A DNA stretch of 64,000 nt, taken from contig CAVPCR010000002.1 in the NCBI GenBank assembly GCA_963702435.1, forward strand, positions 256,001 through 320,000, given 5' to 3'. The DNA comes from Candidatus Eiseniibacteriota bacterium (GTDB lineage: Bacteria > Eisenbacteria > RBG-16-71-46 > CAVPCR01). Shown here piece by piece: positions 1 through 8,700 of this stretch; position 1 is the first letter of the stretch; the number at the start of each line of letters is the position of its first letter. The notes under the pieces were generated by a model, which did no database searches, had not been told where the DNA came from, and saw nothing but the letters and a program-made list of their open reading frames with translations. Position numbers and translations under genes: made by a program.

Positions 1-3
1 GGG

Positions 4-1671
4 GTGCCACCGGCGACCACGGAGCGCGGCGCGACCATCGCCGACCTGGGGAGCGCCGCGCTCGCCGCGACGGAGCGCGGCTTCGCGCTGGCGGTGGCCG
101 GCGGTCCGGCCCCGGGTCTCGCGCGAGAGCTCCTCGCCGCGGCGGAGCGCGGCGAGCCGGCGGCGAGCGGGGGCGAGCCGCTCCTCTCCGTCCCTCACAC
201 CGCGCTCGCCACGGACGGGACGCGGCTCGCGATCGCCGGCGATCCCGTCGGAGCGTGGCCCCTCTACCTGCGCCGCCTGCCCGACGGCATTGCCGTCGGC
301 ACCGCGGCGCTGCCGCTCGCGCGCCTCTCCCCCGCGCGCGACCTGGATCCGCTCGGTGTCGCCGAGCTCCTTGCTTTCGGGCAGCTCCTCGGTCCGCGCA
401 CGCTGTTCGCGGACGTGGAAGCGATGCCGCCGGGAGCGCGTGTCCTCGCGACGGCGGCGCGCACGACCACATCCCCGCTCGAGCGTCCCGCCCTTTCGCT
501 CCCCCGCCGCTCGCTCGCGGCGGCCGCGGACCGGATCCTCGCCGCCCTGACCGCGGCCGTCGACCAGGCGCTCGCGCCCGGCGCTCGGCCGGGGCTCCTC
601 CTCTCGGGGGGCCTCGACTCGCGGCTCCTCCTCGCGCTTCTCGCCACCCGCAGCGCGGAGATCACCGCGCTCACCTTCGGCGAGCCGGGCGCGGCCGATG
701 AGCTCCTCGCGCGGCGCGCCGCCGCGATCGCCGGCGTCCCCCACCGCTTCGCGCCGTGGACCCCGGAGTCCCTGGCCCGCGTCCTCGTCCACGCGGTCGG
801 GCTCACCGACGGTCACGTGCCGGCCGTGCACTTCCACGGCACCGACGCCCTGCCCGCGCTTCGCTCCGCCGCGACCGCCGAGTGGAACGGCTTCGCCGGG
901 GACGCGATCCTCGGCGGCAGCTTCGCCCACCCGCGCTACGCGCTCCCCGGATCGCTCCCGGCGCGACTTTTCACGACATTCAATAGAATTCTGCAACCGG
1001 CAGAGCTCGGCCGCGTGCTCGCACCGGCCGCCGCCGCGGAGCTCTCCTCCGCGCCGCAGGCCGCGCTCGCGGCGGCGCTCCGCCGGGTGCCGCCCGGGCC
1101 CGCCGCCGAGCGTGCGCGCCGTTTCCTCCTCGCCGAGCGGGTCGGCCGGCTGGCCGCGGCCGGGCTCGCCATCGATCGCCACTATCTCCCGGTCATCACA
1201 CCCTATGTCCAGGCGCCCGTGCTCGCCGCGATGGCGGAGATGCGCATGGCGGAGCGACGTTTCGGGCGCGCCCTGGCCCACGCCGTGGTCCGCAGTTTTC
1301 CGCGCCTGGCCGCCATTCCCTGGCAGCGGACGGGCGCCCCCCCCGGCACCCCGTGGCTGCTGGCCGCGCTTCGGCGCCAGGTCCTGGCTCTCGGCGGAAG
1401 CCGCGGCCGCAGCGCGCGTCGGCCGCTCGCCGACTACCGGGCCTGGTTCGCGGGGCCGCTCGCGCCGCTCCGCCGGCGCTATCTCCTCTCCCCCGCTCTC
1501 CGCGACCGCGCGCTGTTCTCGGCCGACGCGCTCGCCGCACTGGCCGCGGCTCCCGTCAGGAACGGACGGGACACGGCGCTCACCGGCGTGCTCATCGCCC
1601 TGGCGGTGGCGGCCGAGATCCGGGACGGCATGACGAACCCCCCGGGAGAGCTCGCGCCTCCCGGGGGGTGA
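4..1671 (+). CDS. Asparagine synthase-related protein (degenerate Ntn-like N-terminus plus ATP pyrophosphatase domain)
   Basis: Has DPVGAWPLY, PP-loop LLSGGLDSR, ALTFG and NGFAGDAILGG. No N-terminal Cys is visible. The true start may lie upstream of the window. Confidence 0.75.
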   Translation: MPPATTERGATIADLGSAALAATERGFALAVAGGPAPGLARELLAAAERGEPAASGGEPLLSVPHTALATDGTRLAIAGDPVGAWPLYLRRLPDGIAVGTAALPLARLSPARDLDPLGVAELLAFGQLLGPRTLFADVEAMPPGARVLATAARTTTSPLERPALSLPRRSLAAAADRILAALTAAVDQALAPGARPGLLLSGGLDSRLLLALLATRSAEITALTFGEPGAADELLARRAAAIAGVPHRFAPWTPESLARVLVHAVGLTDGHVPAVHFHGTDALPALRSAATAEWNGFAGDAILGGSFAHPRYALPGSLPARLFTTFNRILQPAELGRVLAPAAAAELSSAPQAALAAALRRVPPGPAAERARRFLLAERVGRLAAAGLAIDRHYLPVITPYVQAPVLAAMAEMRMAERRFGRALAHAVVRSFPRLAAIPWQRTGAPPGTPWLLAALRRQVLALGGSRGRSARRPLADYRAWFAGPLAPLRRRYLLSPALRDRALFSADALAALAAAPVRNGRDTALTGVLIALAVAAEIRDGMTNPPGELAPPGG

Positions 1672-1703
1672 GCAGGTGAACGACTGGTGGTCGGCCGCGC
1701 GGA

Positions 1704-3584
1704 CTAGTGCCCGTCGAGCACGCGCTTGAAGGCGCTGGCCATGATCCCGAACCCGGCCGCCACCTTCGACTCGCGCCGCTCTCCCTCGCCGGCCGGCTCG
1801 GCTGCGTCGCGTTCGCGATCCCGATCCCGCTCGCGCCGGCCACCGCGTGCTCCGTCGTGACCGTGTTCGCCGCCGCGCCCGCCCTCGCCGCGCGGTCGGG
1901 CGCCATCGCGCTCGCGCGTCTTGGCCCGTTCCTCGGCCGAACGCTGCGTCAGGCGGATGCGGCCGCGCTCGTCGATGCGCAGAACCTCCGCCTCGACTTC
2001 GCTCCCCGACGGGAAGGCCGAGGCGAGATCGGCACCCCGCTCGACATGCGTTTCATCGGCCGGCAGGAGTCCGTCGACGCCCGACACCGGCTCGTGGATG
2101 CGCACGAACACGCCGTAGGGCTTCACGTTGGAGACCTTGCCCGCGACCGCCATGCCGACTTCGAGCTTGGGCCGCGGTGCGAGCTCCGGCAGATCGGTGG
2201 CCGGATCGAGCCGCCGCGAGAGCGAAAGCCGCTTGCGCCCCGGATCGAGTTCGAGCACGCGCACCTCGACGGTGTCGCCCTCGGTCACCGCTTCGCGCGG
2301 ATGACGGACCTTCTGGCCGAGCTCGGTCACGTGGAGGAGCCCCTCGACGCCCGGCAGGACCTCGACGAACGCGCCGTAGTTCATGAGCCTGAGCACGCGC
2401 CCCTGGGCGATGTCGCCGACCTTGAGCCGGTCCGCGACTCCGCCCCACGGATCGCCCTCGAGCGCCTTGGCCGAGAGCGAGATGCGTTCGTTCTTCTCGT
2501 CGCCCAGTTTCTCGATGCCGATCACCTTGACCCGCAGCGGCCCGCCGACCTGGACCACTTCCGCGGGGTCGACCACCCGCGCGTGGCGGAGCTCGGATAC
2601 ATGCACGAGACCGTCGATCCCGCCGATATCGACGAAGGCGCCGAACGGCTGCAGGCGGACGACGACGCCGTCGATCTCATCGCCCACCTGGAGCCGCGTC
2701 CGGGTCTCGTCGGCCTGCTTCTTGCGATCATCCTCGAGCAGAGCTCGGCGCGAGATGACGATGCGGCGGCCGCCCTCTTTGTACTCGATGATGCGGAAGG
2801 GCAGCGTCTTGCCGACGAACGCCTGTGGATCGCTGCAGTAGACGCGGTCGATCTGCGAGATCGGGCAGAAGGCGCGGAACCCGGAGACGAGGATGTCGAA
2901 CCCGCCCTTGTTGGTGCCGGTGATCTTCCCCTCGACGGTGGCATGGTTGGCGAAGGCCTGCTTGAGCACCGAGCGGTCGCGGGTCTTCTTGACCATGCGG
3001 TTCACGATCACCTGATCGCCCGCGGTCGCGACCGTGACGTCGATGCGCTCGCCGACGCCGATCTTGAGATTGCCTTCCTGGTCCCGCAGCTCGCGCGACT
3101 CGATCAGCGCCTCGCTCGGCCCGCCGTAGTCGAGGAACGCCCACTGGTCCTCGATGCGCTGCACGACCGCGCGCAGCCGATCGCCGGCGCGCACGGGACG
3201 CGTCCGCTCGAGGCTCTTGTCGAGGAGCTCGGCGAATCCCGGATCGGCCATCGCAGACGGCGGCGCCTCCTCGGGTAACATCTCCGCGCCGGCCGCCGGC
3301 GCGGCGGCCGCGGGTTCCACCGGGGTGGCAGCGGGCGGCACCGGCTCCGGCGCGTCGATCGCCGCGGACGGTGCCGGTTCGCCCGGAGCGGGTTCGATAC
3401 GTACCGGCTCCGTGTCGGTGGTCGCCCCGGAGTGAATCGCCGCGGGCTCGACGCCCGCATCAGCCGACTCGGGAAGAGGGGATACAGCCGGCCGCGCCGC
3501 CTCGGCTCCGGGTGCGGGGCGTGGTTCGCCCGCGTCGGGGGTGGGCTCGCTGCCGGGAACCATGTGCTCGATCTGCCCGTCCAT
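1704..3584 (-). CDS. 30S ribosomal protein S1-like protein (5 S1 domains), probable paralog
   Basis: Repeated S1 motifs (FGAFVDIGGIDGLVHVSEL, YGAFVEVLPGVEGLLHVTEL, YGVFVRI). Start re-assigned to ATG 3584 because AGGAGA lies 6 nt upstream. Confidence 0.85.
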   Translation of the reverse strand: MDGQIEHMVPGSEPTPDAGEPRPAPGAEAARPAVSPLPESADAGVEPAAIHSGATTDTEPVRIEPAPGEPAPSAAIDAPEPVPPAATPVEPAAAAPAAGAEMLPEEAPPSAMADPGFAELLDKSLERTRPVRAGDRLRAVVQRIEDQWAFLDYGGPSEALIESRELRDQEGNLKIGVGERIDVTVATAGDQVIVNRMVKKTRDRSVLKQAFANHATVEGKITGTNKGGFDILVSGFRAFCPISQIDRVYCSDPQAFVGKTLPFRIIEYKEGGRRIVISRRALLEDDRKKQADETRTRLQVGDEIDGVVVRLQPFGAFVDIGGIDGLVHVSELRHARVVDPAEVVQVGGPLRVKVIGIEKLGDEKNERISLSAKALEGDPWGGVADRLKVGDIAQGRVLRLMNYGAFVEVLPGVEGLLHVTELGQKVRHPREAVTEGDTVEVRVLELDPGRKRLSLSRRLDPATDLPELAPRPKLEVGMAVAGKVSNVKPYGVFVRIHEPVSGVDGLLPADETHVERGADLASAFPSGSEVEAEVLRIDERGRIRLTQRSAEERAKTRERDGARPRGEGGRGGEHGHDGARGGRRERDRDRERDAAEPAGEGERRESKVAAGFGIMASAFKRVLDGH

Positions 3585-3725
3585 TACACGTCTCCTGCGC
3601 CGGACCAACCGCGGCCGGCAAGGGATTGATTTTCGCATGAAATCGGCCCGTTCCGCAACCGGCGGGGCGGAAGCCCGCTCAAGCAGGGTCCCGGACGGGA
3701 CGATGGGACCCCCAGGACAAGCCGT

Positions 3726-4913
3726 ATGGACTTCCCAGAGCTCGCCAGCCGCCTCGGATCGAGTTACCGGAAAAACGCCCCGGAGCTCCTGGCCCTCGCC
3801 GGGGGGCTCTATCCGCGTTTCGTGTTCGCGCGCCGGCCCGGCGCGATCGAGGGCGAGATCCCCGTCTTTCACTACCACGACGTCGAACCCGCAGGTCTCG
3901 AGCGCGACCTCGCCTTCCTGGCCGCGAACGGTTACACCACCCTCACCAGCGCCGAGTACACGCAGGGCCTGAGCGGCGCGGCGCGGATCCCGGACCGCAG
4001 CGTGCTCCTCACGTTCGACGACGGGTGGCGAAGCCTCCACACGGTAGCCGCGCCGCTCCTTCGCCGCCACGGGCTCACGGCGACGGCTTACCTCATCACC
4101 GGCGTGATGGCGCCCGCGCGCGCGGCCATTCCTCCCGACTCCGATGCCGGAGTCTTCGTCACCTGGGAGGAGGTGAAGGAGGATCGCGATGTCATCGACT
4201 TCCAGTCCCATTCGCACTGGCACGCCCGCGTCTTCGTCGCCCCGCGACTCATCGACTTCATCCACCCGCGCTTCGATCGCCATGCGCTGAACCTGCATGT
4301 ACCCGTGCTGCAGACCGGCGGCCTGGATGATTTCACGCGCGCAGCACCGCTCGGCACGCCCCTCTATGCCGACGCCCCGCGATTCGCCGGCCGCCGTCGC
4401 TTTCTCGACGACGAAGCCTTGCGCGCTCGCGCCGTCGGCGTGGTGGCCGCCCGCGGCGGCGCCGACTTCTTCGCCGACCGGAACTGGCGCCGTGCCCTCC
4501 GGGCCGAGATCCGCGACCACGTCGCGCGCCACGGACGGGCGGAGCGCTTCGAGTCCAGAGCCGAGACCGGCGCGGCGATCGACGCCGAGCTCGTCGCCTC
4601 CCGCGCGGCGATCGAGCGGGAGCTACCGGGACACGCGGTGCGCTCCCTCTGCTTTCCGTGGTTCGCCGGAGGCGAGCTCGCCATCGCGCAGGCCCGGGCG
4701 GCCGGCTACAGCTCGTGCTGTTTCGGGGTCCATCCCCGGCGGCGCACGAACCGCGCGGGTGCGGATCCTCTGACGACGGTGCGGCTCCCCTCCGACTACA
4801 TTCTCCGCCTGCCCGGCCGCGGCCGGCTCTCGCTCGCCGCCGTTCTCCATGCGATGGTCCGGCGAAGCGCGCCGGGGTTCCTCCACGGCGTGCGCGCGGC
4901 CGCCGCGCGGTAG
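3726..4913 (+). CDS. Polysaccharide deacetylase (NodB/CE4) with a large insertion
   Basis: Motifs PVFHYH, LTFDDG, FQSHSHWH and LCFPW. AGGA lies upstream of the ATG. Confidence 0.85.
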   Translation: MDFPELASRLGSSYRKNAPELLALAGGLYPRFVFARRPGAIEGEIPVFHYHDVEPAGLERDLAFLAANGYTTLTSAEYTQGLSGAARIPDRSVLLTFDDGWRSLHTVAAPLLRRHGLTATAYLITGVMAPARAAIPPDSDAGVFVTWEEVKEDRDVIDFQSHSHWHARVFVAPRLIDFIHPRFDRHALNLHVPVLQTGGLDDFTRAAPLGTPLYADAPRFAGRRRFLDDEALRARAVGVVAARGGADFFADRNWRRALRAEIRDHVARHGRAERFESRAETGAAIDAELVASRAAIERELPGHAVRSLCFPWFAGGELAIAQARAAGYSSCCFGVHPRRRTNRAGADPLTTVRLPSDYILRLPGRGRLSLAAVLHAMVRRSAPGFLHGVRAAAAR

Positions 4914-4977
4914 GCGGCGGTTGGAAGACCCTCCGCGCGGGCGGCGCACAGCGCTCCAGGCGAGGAGGCCGGCTGCC

Positions 4978-5031
4978 GGGAGCCCCGTGACCGGCGGGGG
5001 CCCCGTGACCGGCGGGAGCCCCGTGACCGGC
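4978..5031. repeat. 3 x 18-bp tandem repeat GGG(A/G)GCCCCGTGACCGGC
   Basis: Read directly: units at 4978-4995, 4996-5013 and 5014-5031, with one mismatch. Confidence 0.95.
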
Positions 5032-5051
5032 ACCCGGGCCGGGGAGTGAGC

Positions 5052-5081
5052 TTGCGGGCAAGCCGTCCCCCTCATTAGGAT
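5052..5081 (+). promoter_or_regulatory. Putative sigma70-type promoter TTGCGG-N18-TAGGAT
   Basis: -35/-10-like hexamers at near-canonical spacing in the 350-bp intergenic region upstream of the GT-C cassette. Confidence 0.5.
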
Positions 5082-5263
5082 GGCCGCCGTGGACCCATCC
5101 CGGACCGCGTCCTCCCCTGTCCGTGCGCAATACCGTCCGCGGTCCGGCCGATAACGAGGAGACCCCCGGCGGCCTCCACCTTGCCGGCGCGCCGCGCTGG
5201 TAGGGACATCCGGGCTGCCGGCGCTCACTCAAGACCCGAAAGAACCGCCGAGGAACCCGAGCC

Positions 5264-7366
5264 ATGCGACCCACTGACGACCCTGCCCGCGCAGCGAGGG
5301 CGGCTGACGATACCCGGGACGCAGCGGCACGAGCCGGCCGACCGGATGATGCCGCCGCCTTCGTCGCCGATGTCTCAGCCTGGGACCAGCGACTGCCGGC
5401 CCTCCTCGTCCGGCTCGGTCTCGCTCTCCTCGGCGCGGGCCTGATCGCGATCGGCGCCCTGGTCGACGGTGGGGCGCTCGCGCGGTGGGTCGGTGCGAAC
5501 CTGAGCCCGGACGGCGCGATCTCCCCCGACACGGCGCGCCAGGTGGCCTCGCTCCGGCCGCTCTTCCTCGCCGCGGGCTTCATCCTGCTCGGGCTCGCAC
5601 TCGCTGCCGACTGGGCGATCGCCGCCTACCGGGCCCTCGAGGGCGCGGTGCTCGCCCTGGTGCGGCTCGCGCTCCGGCTCGCGGCCGCCGTCGCCCGCGG
5701 CGCGAGCGCGGTCGGCTCGGCGCTCGCCGGGATCCTCCCGGCACGCGTCGTCGAGGCCTCCCTCCTCGTCCTCCTCCTCGTCCTCGTCGTCGGCATGTCC
5801 TGGTGGGCGCGCACGACACAGCCCCCCTTCCACGCCGAGGGCATCAACCTGCAGCCGGCCAAGAACCTGGTGCTGCACGGGAAGTACGCCCTCCGCAGCT
5901 ACGAGGGCTGGGACCTGCAGACCTTCCGCATCACGACCGGCCCGGGGATGCTCGTGCCGACCGCCGTGGCCTTCGCGGTCTTCGGCATCCACCCGTCGGT
6001 GGCACACGCGGTGGCGATCGGCTTCTTCGTCCTCTTCCTCCTCCTCACGTACTTCATGTTGCGCCCGCACCTCGGCGGCGGCACGGTTCTCCTCGGCCTC
6101 CTCTTCTTCGTGTTGCACCCCGCCAACATCTTCTTCGGCGCGTCGTGCGGCTACGTCGATGGCGGCATGGGGGAAGCGCCGGCCCTGGCCTACCTGATGC
6201 TCGGGCTCCTCCTGTGGGCCAGCGCGCTCGCCCGCCCGAGCAACGGGCTCCTCTTCCTTGCCGGCATCTTCTTCGGCCTCTCCTTCCAGTCGAAGTGGCT
6301 CTTCCTGTTCGCGCTCTTCGCGGTCATCGGCTCCTACGCGGTGCTCCGGCTCGCCGGCCGGCGCCTGCCGAGCCGCGTGTACCTCCTCCCCGCGCTCGGC
6401 CTCCTGGCGGCCACCGCCGCCTTCTTCCTCATGCGCGTGAGCCAGTTCGGGCTCCAGGGAGAGCTGGCGCACCTCGGGCGGCTATGGGACCAGCACATGC
6501 GCCGCGCGGTCGGCTTCTCGACCGGGGAGGGCCAGGTCGAGTCGCTGTTCGCCGTGGCCCGCCCCCTGGTGACGGTCGCGCAGGTGGGATTCTGGGCGAT
6601 GCTCGGCGCGTTTCTCACGCTGCCGGCCCTCGCCTACGCGGTCGTCGTCCTCCGCCGCCGGCTCCACCCGGTTCCGCTCTACGTCCTGGTCTTCACGCTG
6701 ATGTGGTTCGCCTGGTGGTTCCTCTTCAGCTACGACCTCCCCCTCCAGCACATCCTCTACATCATGCCGTTCGTGCAGATCTTCGCCGCCAAGCTGGTCG
6801 TCGACGCCTGGCGGGCCGCGCGCCAGTGGCGGCCGGACGGCCGGCTCGTCGCGCTCCGCGCCGCCGGGATCGCGGTGATCGCGCTCGTCGTCGCCGGCAA
6901 GACCCTGGTGCCGCTGGCCCAGAACGTCGATCAGATCTACAAGGGCCAGCAGGAGCTCGCCGCCCCCTTCGCGGAGTTCGTCGCCTACGTCGAGGCGAAC
7001 ACCGAGCCCGACGCCATCATCTCGGGCTGGAACTGGAGCAAGCCGTGGTGGCTCTCGGTGGAGAAGGACCGCACGATCAAGGACCGCGCGCGCGTCCCCT
7101 TCGAGCAGCGTGAGAAGGGGCCCGAGTACCTGGTGGTCACGCCCGAGTGGCCGCTCGCCGAGATCGGAACCGGCTGGCCCGACATGGCCTACCGGAGCCG
7201 CTGGACCTTCAAGGCGAACGCCCGGCGCAAGGAGTTCATCGCCGCGCACTGCACGCACCTCATCACGACGGGCACCAGCCGCACCTGGTCCCTCTACCGC
7301 ATCAACCCGCTGCCACCGCCGGGCGACGCTGCGCCGGCCGCCGCCAGCGAATTGCGCGCTCCATGA
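5264..7366 (+). CDS. Multi-TM GT-C fold glycosyltransferase (ArnT/PMT-like)
   Basis: Many hydrophobic helices, first-loop acidic motif HAEG, ITTGP, MGEAPAL, QSKW and a soluble C-terminal domain. Confidence 0.7.
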   Translation: MRPTDDPARAARAADDTRDAAARAGRPDDAAAFVADVSAWDQRLPALLVRLGLALLGAGLIAIGALVDGGALARWVGANLSPDGAISPDTARQVASLRPLFLAAGFILLGLALAADWAIAAYRALEGAVLALVRLALRLAAAVARGASAVGSALAGILPARVVEASLLVLLLVLVVGMSWWARTTQPPFHAEGINLQPAKNLVLHGKYALRSYEGWDLQTFRITTGPGMLVPTAVAFAVFGIHPSVAHAVAIGFFVLFLLLTYFMLRPHLGGGTVLLGLLFFVLHPANIFFGASCGYVDGGMGEAPALAYLMLGLLLWASALARPSNGLLFLAGIFFGLSFQSKWLFLFALFAVIGSYAVLRLAGRRLPSRVYLLPALGLLAATAAFFLMRVSQFGLQGELAHLGRLWDQHMRRAVGFSTGEGQVESLFAVARPLVTVAQVGFWAMLGAFLTLPALAYAVVVLRRRLHPVPLYVLVFTLMWFAWWFLFSYDLPLQHILYIMPFVQIFAAKLVVDAWRAARQWRPDGRLVALRAAGIAVIALVVAGKTLVPLAQNVDQIYKGQQELAAPFAEFVAYVEANTEPDAIISGWNWSKPWWLSVEKDRTIKDRARVPFEQREKGPEYLVVTPEWPLAEIGTGWPDMAYRSRWTFKANARRKEFIAAHCTHLITTGTSRTWSLYRINPLPPPGDAAPAAASELRAP

Positions 7367-8700
7367 TCGCCATCCTCGGCGCCGGCCTCGCCGGCCTCAC
7401 CGCCGCTCATGATCTCCGCCGGGCCGGACGTGAGGACGTGGTCGTCCTCGAGCGCGAGGCGCGCGCGGGCGGGCTCTGCCGCTCCGAGCACGTGAACGGC
7501 TATACCTTCGACTACACCGGGCACTACCTCCACTTCCGCCGCCCCGCGATCCGTGACTGGGTGATGGGGCTCACCGGCGACAACATCCACGAGGTGACGC
7601 GCAAGGCCTGGATCTACTCGCACGGCGTCTACACACCCTACCCGTTCCAGGCCAACACCTACGGGCTGCCAGCGGCGGTCGTGCGCGAGTGCCTCCTCGG
7701 TTTCATCCAGGCGGCGATCGCGGCGGGGCCTGCCGCTGGGAGCGGCCCCGAGGCCAACGACCCCGGGCAGAGCTTCGAGGACTGGATCCTCTCGACCCTC
7801 GGTTCCGGCATCGCCAGACACTTCATGATCCCCTACAACACGAAGCTCTGGACCATCCCGCCGCGCGAGATGACGACCGAGTGGATGGGACGCTTCGTGC
7901 CGCGGCCGACGATCGAGGAGGTCGTGGACGGGGCGCTCATCGACCGGCGCGACCGGCCCTTCGGCTACAACGCCCACTTCCTCTACCCGATCGCGGGCGG
8001 GATCCAGGTGCTGCCGGCCGCGATCGCGCGCAACGCCGGAGAGATCCGCCTGTCGACCGCGGTCACGGCCATCGATCCCGAGAAGCGCACCCTCAGACTC
8101 CGCGACTTCGACGCGCCGCTCGCGTACGAGACGCTCATCACGACCATGCCGCTCGATGTGCTCGTCGGCATGCTCGACCCCAAGCCCGAGGCGGTGCGGG
8201 AGGCCGGCGGCCGACTCCGTCACAACTCGGTCCTCTCGGTGAACCTGGGCGTCGAGGGACGCGAGCTCTCCCCGTACAACTGGGTCTACTTCCCCGAGCC
8301 GGAGTTCTCCTTCTACCGGCTAGGTTTCCCATCGAACTCCTCCCCGCACGTGGCGCCGCCGGGCGCGAGCTCGGTCACCGCCGAGGTCGCCTACTCGGCG
8401 GCGCGCCCGCTCGACAAGGCGGCTGCCGTCCGGCAGGTCAAGGCCGATCTCGAACGCGCCGGCATCCTCCGGCGCGGCGACCGGATCGGGGTCGAAGCGG
8501 TGTTCGAGATCCCCTGCGCGTACGTCCTCTACGACCACGCGCGGCGGGGCGCCGTGGATTCGATCCGGGCCTACCTGAAGAGCCGCGGCATCCTCTCGGT
8601 CGGCCGCTACGGCGCCTGGGAATACAGCTCGATGGAAGACGCCATCACCGGCGGCCGCGAGGCCGCCGAGTCCATCCTGAACGCCGAGGTCACGCCATGA
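7363..8700 (+). CDS. FAD-dependent oxidoreductase resembling eukaryote-type UDP-galactopyranose mutase
   Basis: Has GAGLAGL, GGLCRS, FDYTGHYLH, YPFQAN, FMIPYNTKLW, WVYFPE..FYR and GRYGAWEY. The start overlaps the upstream stop (ATGA). Confidence 0.75.
   Translation: MIAILGAGLAGLTAAHDLRRAGREDVVVLEREARAGGLCRSEHVNGYTFDYTGHYLHFRRPAIRDWVMGLTGDNIHEVTRKAWIYSHGVYTPYPFQANTYGLPAAVVRECLLGFIQAAIAAGPAAGSGPEANDPGQSFEDWILSTLGSGIARHFMIPYNTKLWTIPPREMTTEWMGRFVPRPTIEEVVDGALIDRRDRPFGYNAHFLYPIAGGIQVLPAAIARNAGEIRLSTAVTAIDPEKRTLRLRDFDAPLAYETLITTMPLDVLVGMLDPKPEAVREAGGRLRHNSVLSVNLGVEGRELSPYNWVYFPEPEFSFYRLGFPSNSSPHVAPPGASSVTAEVAYSAARPLDKAAAVRQVKADLERAGILRRGDRIGVEAVFEIPCAYVLYDHARRGAVDSIRAYLKSRGILSVGRYGAWEYSSMEDAITGGREAAESILNAEVTP

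Noticed and set aside
965..1000. AT-rich patch (TTTTCACGACATTCAATAGAATTCTG) inside the first CDS
   Set aside because: It is short, stays in frame, and has no convincing promoter spacing or repeat.
3601..3725. Inverted repeats (GATTTTC..GAAATC, GGGTCCC..GGGACCC) in the S1/deacetylase divergent gap
   Set aside because: They are short or imperfect, and no promoter or operator could be assigned with confidence.
3585..4532. N-terminal extension of the S1 ORF (942 aa in the track), and similar extensions of the GT4, GNAT, AsnB and lpxA ORFs
   Set aside because: They overlap real neighbouring genes. Internal starts with an RBS or stop/start overlap explain the true proteins, so these are not fusions.
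4978..5031. Tandem repeat considered as a CRISPR array
   Set aside because: The 18-bp units are directly adjacent with no spacers, and there are no cas genes.
4333..5583. Minus-strand ORF with GHGAPA repeats spanning the VNTR
   Set aside because: It overlaps two plus-strand genes, and the peptide repeat is only the translation of the 18-bp DNA repeat.
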